This document shows positions 50,905 to 64,000 of a stretch of 64,000 nt of DNA, one piece after another (the stretch's first letter is position 1; each line of letters opens with the position of its first letter). The stretch is from the NCBI GenBank assembly GCA_964247055.1, contig OZ176054.1, positions 4,712,001 to 4,776,000 on the forward strand. The letters run 5' to 3'. Source of the DNA: Paragordius varius (taxonomy: Eukaryota > Animalia > Nematomorpha). The notes beneath the pieces are model-generated. The model saw only the letters and a program-made list of their open reading frames with translations, was not told the DNA's origin and made no database searches. A program made the position numbers and the translations under genes.

Positions 50905-51027
50905 ATTGTTGGATAATCTAATATTAGCATGGGTAATATAAATTAATTGTTGAAAAGTGATGGTTGATTGTTGGATATTCTAATATTAGCATGGGTAATA
51001 TAAAATGATTGTTGAAAGTGATGGTTT

Positions 51028-53810
51028 ATTGTTGGATATTCTAATATTAGCACGGTTAAAATAAAATTATTGTTGAAAGTGATGGTTGATTGTTGGATAT
51101 TCAAATATTAACATGGGTTATATAAATTGATTGTTGAAAGTGATGGTTTATTGTTGGATATTCTAATATCAGCAGTGATGGTTGATTGTTGGATATTCTA
51201 ATATTAGCATGGTTAAAATAAATTTATTGTTGAAAGTGATGGTTGATTGTTGGATATTCTAATATTAGCATGGTTAAAATAAATTTATTGTTGAAAGTGA
51301 TGATTGATTGTTGGATATTCTAATATTAGCATGGTTAAAATAAATTGATTGTTGAAAGGTTATAGTTGATTGTTGGATATTCTAATATTAGCATGGGTAA
51401 TATAAATTGATTGTTGAAAAGTGATGGTTGATTGTTGGATATTCTAATGTTAGCATGGGTAATATAAATTGATTGTTGAAAGTGATGGTTGATTGTTGGA
51501 TATTCTAATATTAGCATGGTTAAAATTAATTTACTGTTGAAAAGTGATGGTTGATTGGATGTTCTATTAGCATGGGTAATATAAATTGATTGTTGAAAGT
51601 GATGGTTGATTGTTGGATATTCAAATATTAGCCTGGGTTATATAAATTGATTGTTGAAAAGTGATGGTTGATTGTTGGATATTCTAATATTAGCATGGGT
51701 AATATAAATTGATTGTTGAAAGTGATGGTCGATTGTTGGATTTTCAAATATTAGCATAGGTAATATAAATTGATTGTTGAAAAGTGATGGTCGATTGTTG
51801 GATATTCAAATATTAGCATGGGTAATATAAATTGATTGTTGAAAGTGATGGTTGATTGTTGGATATTCAAATATTAGCATGGGTTATATAAATTGATTGT
51901 TGAAAAGTGATGGTTGATTGTTGGATATTCTAATATTAGCATGGGTAATATAAAATGATTGTTGAAAGTGATGGTTTATTGTTGGATATTCTAATATTAG
52001 CACGGTTAAAATAAAATTATTGTTGAAAGTGATGGTTGATTGTTGGATATTCTAATATTAGCATGGTTAAAATAAATTTATTGTTGAAAGTGATGGTTGA
52101 TTGTTGGATATTCTAATATTAGCATGGTTAAAATAAATTTATTGTTGAAAGTGATGGTTGATTGTTGGATATTCTAATATTAGCATGGTTAAAATAAATT
52201 GATTGTTGAAAAGTTATAGTTGATTGTTGGATATTCTAATATTAGCATGGGTAATATAAATTGATTGTTGAAAGTGATGGTCGATTGTTGGATATTCAAA
52301 TATTAGCATGGGTAATATAAATTTATTTTTGAAAGTGATGGTTGATTGTTGGATATTCAAATATTAGCATGGTTTATATAAATTGATTGTTGAAAAGTGA
52401 TGGTTGATTGTTGGATATTCTAATATTAGCACGGTTAAAATAAAATTATTGTTGAAAGTGATGGTTGATTGTTGGATATTCAAATATTAACATGGGTTAT
52501 ATAAATTGATTGTTGAAAGTGATGGTTTATTGTTGGATATTCTAATATCAGCAGTGATGGTTGATTGTTGGATATTCTAATATTAGCATGGTTAAAATAA
52601 ATTTATTGTTGAAAGTGATGGTTGATTGTTGGATATTCTAATATTAGCATGGTTAAAATAAATTTATTGTTGAAAGTGATGATTGATTGTTGGATATTCT
52701 AATATTAGCATGGTTAAAATAAATTGATTGTTGAAAGGTTATAGTTGATTGTTGGATATTCTAATATTAGCATGGGTAATATAAATTGATTGTTGAAAAG
52801 TGATGGTTGATTGTTGGATATTCTAATGTTAGCATGGGTAATATAAATTGATTGTTGAAAGTGATGGTTGATTGTTGGATATTCTAATATTAGCATGGTT
52901 AAAATTAATTTACTGTTGAAAAGTGATGGTTGATTGGATGTTCTATTAGCATGGGTAATATAAATTGATTGTTGAAAGTGATGGTTGATTGTTGGATATT
53001 CAAATATTAGCCTGGGTTATATAAATTGATTGTTGAAAAGTGATGGTTGATTGTTGGATATTCTAATATTAGCATGGGTAATATAAATTGATTGTTGAAA
53101 GTGATGGTCGATTGTTGGATTTTCAAATATTAGCATGGGTAATATAAATTGATTGTTGAAAAGTGATGGTCGATTGTTGGATATTCAAATATTAGCATGG
53201 GTAATATAAATTGATTGTTGAAAGTGATGGTTGATTGTTGGATATTCAAATATTAGCATGGGTTATATAAATTGATTGTTGAAAAGTGATGGTTGATTGT
53301 TGGATATTCTAATATTAGCATGGGTAATATAAAATGATTGTTGAAAGTGATGGTTTATTGTTGGATATTCTAATATTAGCACGGTTAAAATAAAATTATT
53401 GTTGAAAGTGATGGTTGATTGTTGGATATTCTAATATTAGCATGGTTAAAATAAATTTATTGTTGAAAGTGATGGTTGATTGTTGGATATTCTAATATTA
53501 GCATGGTTAAAATAAATTTATTGTTGAAAGTGATGGTTGATTGTTGGATATTCTAATATTAGCATGGTTAAAATAAATTGATTGTTGAAAAGTTATAGTT
53601 GATTGTTGGATATTCTAATATTAGCATGGGTAATATAAATTGATTGTTGAAAGTGATGGTCGATTGTTGGATATTCAAATATTAGCATGGGTAATATAAA
53701 TTTATTGTTGAAAGTGATGGTTGATTGTTGGATATTCAAATATTAGCATGGTTTATATAAATTGATTGTTGAAAAGTGATGGTTGATTGTTGGATATTCT
53801 AATATTAGCA
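51028..53810. repeat. 1,379-bp tandem duplication
   Basis: ORFs 51335/52714; ATCAGCAGTG marker at C51170 and C52549. Confidence 0.85.
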
Positions 53811-54724
53811 TGGGTAATATAAATTGATTGTTGAAAGTGATGGTTGATTGTTGGATATTCAAATATTAGCATGGGTTATATAAATTGATTGTTGAAAAGT
53901 GATGGTTGATTGTTGGATATTCTAATATTAGCATGGGTTATATAAATTGATTGTTAAAAGTGATGGTTGATTGTTGGATATTCTAATATTAGCATGGGTA
54001 ATATAAAATGATTGTTGAAAGTGATGGTTTATTGTTGGATATTCTAATATTAGCACGGTTAAAATAAATTTATTGTTGAAAGTGATGGTTGATTGTTGGA
54101 TATTCTAATATTAGCATGGTTAAAATAAATTTATTGTTGAAAGTGATGGTTGATTGTTGGATATTCTAATAATAGCATGGTTAAAATAAATTTATTGTTG
54201 AAAGTGATGGTTGATTGTTGGATATTCTATATTAGCATGGGTAAAATAAATTGATTGTTGAAAAGTTATAGTTGATTGTTGGATATTCTAATATTAGCAT
54301 GGGTAATATAAATTGATTGTTGAAAGTGATGGTCGATTGTTGGATATTCTAATATTAGCATGGGTAATATAAATTTATTGTTGAAAGTGATGGTTGATTG
54401 TTGGATATTCAAATATTAGCATGGGTTATATAAATTGATTGTTGAAAAGTGATAGTTGATTGTTGGATATTCTAATATTAGCATGGGTAATATAAATTGA
54501 TTGTTGAAAGTGATGGTTGATTGTTGGATATCCCAATATTAGCATGGGTAATATAAATTGATTGTTGAAAAGTGATGGTTGATTGTTGGATATCCCAATA
54601 TTAGCATGGGTAATATAAATTGATTGTTGAAAAGTGATGGTTGATTGTTGGATATTCTAATATTAGCATGGGTAATACAAATTGATTGTTGAAAGTGATG
54701 GTTGATTGTTGGATATTCTAATAT

Positions 54725-57700
54725 TAGCATGGTTAAAATAAATTTATTGTTGAAAGTGATGGTTGATTGTTGGATATTCTAATAATAGCATGGTTAAAAT
54801 AAATTTATTGTTGAAAGTGATGGTTGATTGTTGGATATTCTAATATTAGCATGGTTAAAATAAATTGATTGTTGAAAAGTTATAGTTGATTGTTGGATAT
54901 TCTAATATTAGCATGGGTAATATAAATTGATTGTTGAAAGTGATGGTCGATTGTTGGATATTTAAATATTAGCATGGGTAATATAATTTTATTGTTGAAA
55001 GTGATGGTTGATTGTTGGATATTCAAATATTAGCATGGGTTATATAAATTGATTGTTGAAAAGTGATGGTTGATTGTTGGATATTCTAATATTAGCATGG
55101 GTAATATAAATTGATTGTTGAAAGTGATGGTTGATTGTTGGATATCCCAATATTAGCATGGGTAATATAAATTGATTGTTGAAAAGTGATGGTTGATTGT
55201 TGGATATTCTAATTTTAGCATGGGTAATATAAAGTGATTGTTGAAAAGTAATGGTTGATTATTGGATATTCTAATATTAGCTTGGGTAAAATAAATTGAG
55301 TGTTGTAAAGTGATGGTTGATTGTTGGATATTCTAATATTAGCAATATAAATTGATTATTGAAAAGTGATGGTTGATTGTTGTATATTCTAATATTAGTA
55401 TGGGTAACATATATTGATTGTTGAAAAGTGATGGTTGATTATTGGATATTCTAATATTAGCATGGAAATAAATTGATAGTTGAAAAGTGATGGTTGATTG
55501 TTGGCTATTCTTATATAAGCATGGAAATAAAGTGATTGTTGAAAAGTTATGGTTGATTGTTGGATATTCTAATATTAGCATGGTTATAATAAATTGAGTG
55601 TTGTAAAGTGATGGTTGATTGTTGGATATTCTAATATTAGCATGGGTGATATAAACTAATTGTTGAAAAGTGATGGTTGATTGTTGGGTATTCCAATATT
55701 AGCATGGAAATAAAGTGATTGTTGAAAAGTGATGGTTGATTATTGGATATTCTAATATTAGCATGGAAATAAATTGATAGTTGAAAAGTGATGGTTGATT
55801 GTTGGCTATTCTTATATAAGCATGGAAATAAAGTGATTGTTGAAAAGTTATGGTTGATTGTTGGATATTCTAATATTAGCATGGTTATAATAAATTGAGT
55901 GTTGTAAAGTGATGGTTGATTGTTGGATATTCTAATATTAGCATGGGTAATATAAATTGATTATTGAAAAGTGATGGTTGATTGTTGTATATTCTAATAT
56001 TAGCATGGGTAACATATATTGATTGTTGAAAAGTGATGGTTGATTGTTGGATATTCCAATATTAGCATGGAAATAAAGTGATTGTTGAAAAGTGATGGTT
56101 GATTATTGGATATTCTAATATTAGCATGGAAATAAATTGATAGTTGAAAAGTGATGGTTGATTGTTGTATATTCTAATATTAGTATGGGTAACATATATT
56201 GATTGTTGAAAAGTGATGGTTGATTATTGGATATTCTAATATTAGCATGGGTAATATAAATTGATTGTTGAAAAGTGATGGTTGATTGTTGTATATTCTA
56301 ATATTAGCATGGGTAACATATATTGAGTGTTGAAAAGGATGGTTGATTATTGGATATTCTAATATTAGCGTGGATAATATAAATTAATTGTTGAAAAGTG
56401 ATGGTTGATTATTGGATATTCTAATATTAGCATGGAAATAAATTGATAGTTAAAAAGTGATGGCTGATTGTTGGCTATTCTAATATAAGCATGGAAATAA
56501 AGTGATTGTTGAAAAGTTATGGTTGATTGTTGGATATTCTAATATAAGCATGGAAATAAAGTGATTGTTGAAAAGTTATGGTTGATTGTTGGATATTCTA
56601 ATATTAGCATGGGTAAAATAAATTGAGTGTTGTAAAGTGATGGTTGATTGTTGGATATTCTAATATTAGCATGGGTAATATAAATTGATTATTGAAAAGT
56701 GATGGTTGATTGTTGTATATTCTAATATTAGTATGGGGTAAATTAATTGATTGTTGAAAAGTGATGGTTGATTGTTGGATATTCAAATATTAGCATGGGT
56801 TATATAAATTGATTGTTGAAAAGTGATGGTTGATTGTTGGATATTCTAATATTAGCATGGGTAATATAAAATGATTGTTGAAAAGTGATGGTTGATTGTT
56901 GGATATCCCAATATTAGCATGGGGAAAATTAATTAACTGTTGAAAAGTGATGGTTGATTGTTGGATATTCTAGTATTAGCATGGGTAATATAAATTGATT
57001 ATTGAAAAGTGATGGTTGATTGTTGTATATTCTAATATTAGTATGGGGTAAATTAATTGATTGTTGAAAAGTGATGGTCGATTGTTGGATATTCAAATTT
57101 AGCATGGGTTATATAAATTGATTGTTGAAAGTGATGGTTGATTGTTGGATATTCTAATATTAGCATGGGTAATATATATTTAGTGTGTAAAAGTGATGGT
57201 TGATTGTTGGATATTCTAGTATTAGCATGGGTAATATAAATTGATTGTTGAAAGTGATGGTTTATTGTTGGATATTCTAATATTAGCAGTGATGGTTGAT
57301 TGTTGGATATTCTAATATTAGCATGGGTAAAATAAATTTATTGTTGAAAGTGATGGTTGATTGTTGGATATTCTAATATTAGCATGGTTAAAATTAATTT
57401 ATTGTTGAAAGTGATGGTTGATTGTTGGATATTCTAATATTAGCATGGTTAAAATAAATTGATTGTTGAAAAGTTATAGTTGATTGTTGGATATTCTAAT
57501 ATTAGCATGGGTAATATAAATTGATTGTTGAAAGTGATGGTCGATTGTTGGATATTCAAATATTAGCATGGGTAATATAAATTTATTGTTGAAAGTGATG
57601 GTTGATTGTTGGATATTCAAATATTAGCATGGGTTATATAAATTGATTGTTGAAAAGTGATGGTTGATTGTTGGATATTCTAATATTAGCATGGGTAATA

Positions 57701-60700
57701 TAAATTGATTGTTGAAAGTGATGGTTGATTGTTGGATATCCCAATATTAGCATGGGTTATATAAATTGATTGTTAAAAGTGATGGTTGATTGTTGGATAT
57801 TCTAATATTAGCATGGGTAATATAAAATGATTGTTGAAAGTGATGGTTTATTGTTGGATATTCTAATATTAGCACGGTTAAAATAAATTTATTGTTGAAA
57901 GTGATGGTTGATTGTTGGATATTCTAATATTAGCATGGTTAAAATAAATTTATTGTTGAAAGTGATGGTTGATTGTTGGATATTCTAATAATAGCATGGT
58001 TAAAATTAATTTATTGTTGAAAGTGATGGTTGATTGTTGGATATTCTAATATTAGCATGGTTAAAATAAATTGATTGTTGAAAAGTTATAGTTGATTGTT
58101 GGATATTCTAATATTAGCATGGGTAATATAAATTGATTGTTGAAAGTGATGGTCGATTGTTGGATATTTAAATATTAGCATGGGTAATATAAATTTATTG
58201 TTGAAAGTGATGGTTTATTGTTGGATATTCTAATATTAGCAGTGATGGTTGATTGTTGGATATTCTAATATTAGCATGGGTTATATAAATTGATTGTTGA
58301 AAAGTGATGGTTGATTGTTGGATATTCTAATATTAGCATGGGTAATATAAATTGATTGTTGAAAGTGATGGTTTATTGTTGGATATTCTAATATTAGCAG
58401 TGATGGTTGATTGTTGGATATTCTAATATTAGCATGGGTAAAATAAATTTATTGTTGAAAGTGATGGTTGATTGTTGGATATTCTAATATTAGCATGGTT
58501 AAAATAAATTGATTGTTGAAAAGTTATAGTTGATTGTTGGATATTCTAATATTAGCATGGGTAATATAAATTGATTGTTGAAAGTGATGGTCGATTGTTG
58601 GATATTTAAATATTAGCATGGGTAATATAATTTTATTGTTGAAAGTGATGGTTGATTGTTGGATATTCAAATATTAGCATGGGTTATATAAATTGATTGT
58701 TGAAAAGTGATGGTTGATTGTTGGATATTCTAATATTAGCATGGGTAATATAAATTGATTGTTGAAAGTGATGGTTGATTGTTGGATATCCCAATATTAG
58801 CATGGGTAATATAAATTGATTGTTGAAAAGTGATGGTTGATTGTTGGATATTCTAATTTTAGCATGGGTAATATAAAGTGATTGTTGAAAAGTAATGGTT
58901 GATTTTTGGATATTCTAATATTAGCTTGGGTAAAATAAATTGAGTGTTGTAAAGTGATGGTTGATTGTTGGATATTCTAATAATAGCATGGTTAAAATAA
59001 ATTTATTGTTGAAAGTGATGGTTGATTGTTGGATATTCTAATAATAGCATGGTTAAAATAAATTTATTGTTGAAAGTGATGGTTGATTGTTGGATATTCT
59101 AATATTAGCATGGTTAAAATAAATTGATTGTTGAAAAGTTATAGTTGATTGTTGGATATTCTAATATTAGCATGGGTAATATAAATTGATTGTTGAAAGT
59201 GATGGTCGATTGTTGGATATTTAAATATTAGCATGGGTAATATAATTTTATTGTTGAAAGTGATGGTTGATTGTTGGATATTCAAATATTAGCATGGGTT
59301 ATATAAATTGATTGTTGAAAAGTGATGGTTGATTGTTGGATATTCTAATATTAGCATGGGTAATATAAATTGATTGTTGAAAGTGATGGTTGATTGTTGG
59401 ATATCCCAATATTAGCATGGGTAATATAAATTGATTGTTGAAAAGTGATGGTTGATTGTTGGATATTCTAATTTTAGCATGGGTAATATAAAGTGATTGT
59501 TGAAAAGTAATGGTTGATTTTTGGATATTCTAATATTAGCTTGGGTAAAATAAATTGAGTGTTGTAAAGTGATGGTTGATTGTTGGATATTCTAATATTA
59601 GCAATATAAATTGATTATTGAAAAGTGATGGTTGATTGTTGTATATTCTAATATTAGTATGGGTAACATATATTGATTGTTGAAAAGTGATGGTTGATTA
59701 TTGGATATTCTAATATTAGCATGGAAATAAATTGATAGTTGAAAAGTGATGGTTGATTGTTGGCTATTCTTATATAAGCATGGAAATAAAGTGATTGTTG
59801 AAAAGTTATGGTTGATTGTTGGATATTCTAATATTAGCATGGTTATAATAAATTGAGTGTTGTAAAGTGATGGTTGATTGTTGGATATTCTAATATTAGC
59901 ATGGGTGATATAAACTAATTGTTGAAAAGTGATGGTTGATTGTTGGGTATTCCAATATTAGCATGGAAATAAAGTGATTGTTGAAAAGTGATGGTTGATT
60001 ATTGGATATTCTAATATTAGCATGGAAATAAATTGATAGTTGAAAAGTGATGGTTGATTGTTGGCTATTCTTATATAAGCATGGAAATAAAGTGATTGTT
60101 GAAAAGTTATGGTTGATTGTTGGATATTCTAATATTAGCATGGTTATAATAAATTGAGTGTTGTAAAGTGATGGTTGATTGTTGGATATTCTAATATTAG
60201 CATGGGTAATATAAATTGATTATTGAAAAGTGATGGTTGATTGTTGTATATTCTAATATTAGCATGGGTAACATATATTGATTGTTGAAAAGTGATGGTT
60301 GATTGTTGGAAATTCCAATATTAGCATGGAAATAAAGTGATTGTTGAAAAGTGATGGTTGATTATTGGATATTCTAATATTAGCATGGAAATAAATTGAT
60401 AGTTGAAAAGTGATGGTTGATTGTTGTATATTCTAATATTAGTATGGGTAACATATATTGATTGTTGAAAAGTGATGGTTGATTATTGGATATTCTAATA
60501 TTAGCATGGGTAATATAAATTGATTGTTGAAAAGTGATGGTTGATTGTTGTATATTCTAATATTAGCATGGGTAACATATATTGATTGTTGAAAAGGATG
60601 GTTGATTATTGGATATTCTAATATTAGCGTGGATAATATAAATTAATTGTTGAAAAGTGATGGTTGATTATTGGATATTCTAATATTAGCATGGAAATAA

Positions 60701-62762
60701 ATTGATAGTTAAAAAGTGATGGCTGATTGTTGGCTATTCTAATATAAGCATGGAAATAAAGTGATTGTTGAAAAGTTATGGTTGATTGTTGGATATTCTA
60801 ATATAAGCATGGAAATAAAGTGATTGTTGAAAAGTTATGGTTGATTGTTGGATATTCTAATATTAGCATGGGTAAAATAAATTGAGTGTTGTAAAGTGAT
60901 GGTTGATTGTTGGATATTCTAATATTAGCATGGGTAATATAAATTGATTATTGAAAAGTGATGGTTGATTGTTGTATATTCTAATATTAGTATGGGGTAA
61001 ATTAATTGATTGTTGAAAAGTGATGGTTGATTGTTGGATATTCAAATATTAGCATGGGTTATATAAATTGATTGTTGAAAAGTGATGGTTGATTGTTGGA
61101 TATTCTAATATTAGCATGGGTAATATAAAATGATTGTTGAAAAGTGATGGTTGATTGTTGGATATCCCAATATTAGCATGGGGAAAATTAATTAACTGTT
61201 GAAAAATGATGGTTGATTGTTGGATATTCTAGTATTAGCATGGGTAATATAAATTGATTATTGAAAAGTGATGGTTGATTGTTGTATATTCTAATATTAG
61301 TATGGGGTAAATTAATTGATTGTTGAAAAGTGATGGTCGATTGTTGGATATTCAAATTTAGCATGGGTTATATAAATTGATTGTTGAAAGTGATGGTTGA
61401 TTGTTGGATATTCTAATATTAGCATGGGTAATATATATTTAGTGTGTAAAAGTGATGGTTGATTGTTGGATATTCTAGTATTAGCATGGGTAATATAAAT
61501 TGATTGTTGAAAGTGATGGTTTATTGTTGGATATTCTAATATTAGCAGTGATGGTTGATTGTTGGATATTCTAATATTAGCATGGGTAAAATAAATTTAT
61601 TGTTGAAAGTGATGGTTGATTGTTGGATATTCTAATATTAGCATGGTTAAAATTAATTTATTGTTGAAAGTGATGGTTGATTGTTGGATATTCTAATATT
61701 AGCATGGTTAAAATAAATTGATTGTTGAAAAGTTATAGTTGATTGTTGGATATTCTAATATTAGCATGGGTAATATAAATTGATTGTTGAAAGTGATGGT
61801 CGATTGTTGGATATTCAAATATTAGCATGGGTAATATAAATTTATTGTTGAAAGTGATGGTTGATTGTTGGATATTCAAATATTAGCATGGGTTATATAA
61901 ATTGATTGTTGAAAAGTGATGGTTGATTGTTGGATATTCTAATATTAGCATGGGTAATATAAATTGATTGTTGAAAGTGATGGTTGATTGTTGGATATCC
62001 CAATATTAGCATGGGTTATATAAATTGATTGTTAAAAGTGATGGTTGATTGTTGGATATTCTAATATTAGCATGGGTAATATAAAATGATTGTTGAAAGT
62101 GATGGTTTATTGTTGGATATTCTAATATTAGCACGGTTAAAATAAATTTATTGTTGAAAGTGATGGTTGATTGTTGGATATTCTAATATTAGCATGGTTA
62201 AAATAAATTTATTGTTGAAAGTGATGGTTGATTGTTGGATATTCTAATAATAGCATGGTTAAAATTAATTTATTGTTGAAAGTGATGGTTGATTGTTGGA
62301 TATTCTAATATTAGCATGGTTAAAATAAATTGATTGTTGAAAAGTTATAGTTGATTGTTGGATATTCTAATATTAGCATGGGTAATATAAATTGATTGTT
62401 GAAAGTGATGGTCGATTGTTGGATATTTAAATATTAGCATGGGTAATATAAATTTATTGTTGAAAGTGATGGTTTATTGTTGGATATTCTAATATTAGCA
62501 GTGATGGTTGATTGTTGGATATTCTAATATTAGCATGGGTTATATAAATTGATTGTTGAAAAGTGATGGTTGATTGTTGGATATTCTAATATTAGCATGG
62601 GTAATATAAATTGATTGTTGAAAGTGATGGTTTATTGTTGGATATTCTAATATTAGCAGTGATGGTTGATTGTTGGATATTCTAATATTAGCATGGGTAA
62701 AATAAATTTATTGTTGAAAGTGATGGTTGATTGTTGGATATTCTAATATTAGCATGGTTAAA
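54725..62762. repeat. 4,259-bp higher-order duplication carrying a block of diverged monomers
   Basis: ORF offsets 55339/59598, 55637/59896 and 56604/60863; at least four substitutions between copies were seen by eye; a third, altered copy begins near 63760. Confidence 0.87.
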
Positions 62763-64000
62763 ATTAATTTATTGTTGAAAGTGATGGTTGATTGTTGGAT
62801 ATTCTAATATTAGCATGGTTAAAATAAATTGATTGTTGAAAAGTTATAGTTGATTGTTGGATATTCTAATATTAGCATGGGTAATATAAATTGATTGTTG
62901 AAAGTGATGGTCGATTGTTGGATATTCAAATATTAGCATGGGTAATATAAATTTATTGTTGAAAGTGATGGTTGATTGTTGGATATTCAAATATTAGCAT
63001 GGGTTATATAAATTGATTGTTGAAAAGTGATGGTTGATTGTTGGATATTCTAATATTAGCAGTGATGGTTGATTGTTGGATATTCTAATATTAGCATGGG
63101 TAAAATAAATTTATTGTTGAAAGTGATGGTTGATTGTTGGATATTCTAATATTAGCATGGTTAAAATTAATTTATTGTTGAAAGTGATGGTTGATTGTTG
63201 GATATTCTAATATTAGCATGGTTAAAATAAATTGATTGTTGAAAAGTTATAGTTGATTGTTGGATATTCTAATATTAGCATGGGTAATATAAATTGATTG
63301 TTGAAAGTGATGGTCGATTGTTGGATATTTAAATATTAGCATGGGTAATATAAATTTATTGTTGAAAGTGATGGTTGATTGTTGGATATTCAAATATTAG
63401 CATGGGTTATATAAATTGATTGTTGAAAAGTGATGGTTTATTGTTGGATATTCTAATATTAGCACGGTTAAAATAAATTTATTGTTGAAAGTGATGGTTG
63501 ATTGTTGGATATTCTAATATTAGCATGGTTAAAATAAATTTATTGTTGAAAGTGATGGTTGATTGTTGGATATTCTAATAATAGCATGGTTAAAATAAAT
63601 TTATTGTTGAAAGTGATGGTTGATTGTTGGATATTCTATATTAGCATGGGTAAAATAAATTGATTGTTGAAAAGTTATAGTTGATTGTTGGATATTCTAA
63701 TATTAGCATGGGTAATATAAATTGATTGTTGAAAGTGATGGTCGATTGTTGGATATTCTAATATTAGCTTGGGTAAAATAAATTGAGTGTTGTAAAGTGA
63801 TGGTTGATTGTTGGATATTCTAATATTAGCAATATAATTGATTATTGAAAAGTGATGGTTGATTGTTGTATATTCTAATATTAGCATGGGTAACATATAT
63901 TGATTGTTGAAAAGTGATGGTTGATTGTTGGATATTCCAATATTAGCATGGAAATAAAGTGATTGTTGAAAAGTGATGGTTGATTATTGGATATTCTAAT

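Larger units (their letters stand above)
50900..64000. repeat. Tandem satellite array, same 61/62-bp family, right arm (roughly 215 monomers), continues beyond window end
   Basis: Same monomer and orientation resume at 50900 (GGTTGATTGTTGGATAATCTAATATTAGC). More diverged monomer variants occur at about 55.2-57.1, 59.5-61.35 and 63.76-64.0 kb. Confidence 0.99.

Noticed and set aside
51335-63896. Similar minus-strand ORFs in the right arm
   Set aside because: Same satellite translation artefact.
1-64000. tRNA, rRNA or host protein-coding genes
   Set aside because: No sequence outside the satellite and the retroelement exists to host them.

Overview
Eukaryotic heterochromatin-type window. About 94% is one AT-rich tandem satellite, all head-to-tail on one strand, with a 61/62-bp consensus monomer GGGTAATATAAATTGATTGTTGAAA(A)GTGATGGTTGATTGTTGGATATTCTAATATTAGCAT. 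The array is organised into nested higher-order repeats (about 0.36-4.3 kb) and a 13,199-bp tandem super-duplication. The only non-satellite DNA is a single 4,102-bp insertion (46798-50899, minus strand): a Ty3/Gypsy, Mag-like gag-pol element (2x CCHC, DTG protease, YLDD RT, RNase H, HHCC/D,D35E integrase) broken by three frameshifts. Its architecture is the key anomaly. It has one LTR-like 5' segment plus a PBS but no 3' LTR. Instead both ends carry a perfect 18-bp terminal inverted repeat (TGTTAAAAGGGTTATCAT...ATGATAACCCTTTTAACA), flanked by a clean 5-bp target-site duplication (GGTTG). It is therefore a retrotransposon coding region with DNA-transposon (Ginger-like) ends. A 7-nt microhomology at the 3' junction suggests how the inverted end arose. 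All other long ORFs are artefacts of the satellite or antisense shadows of gag-pol. HOR boundaries were read by eye and are approximate.
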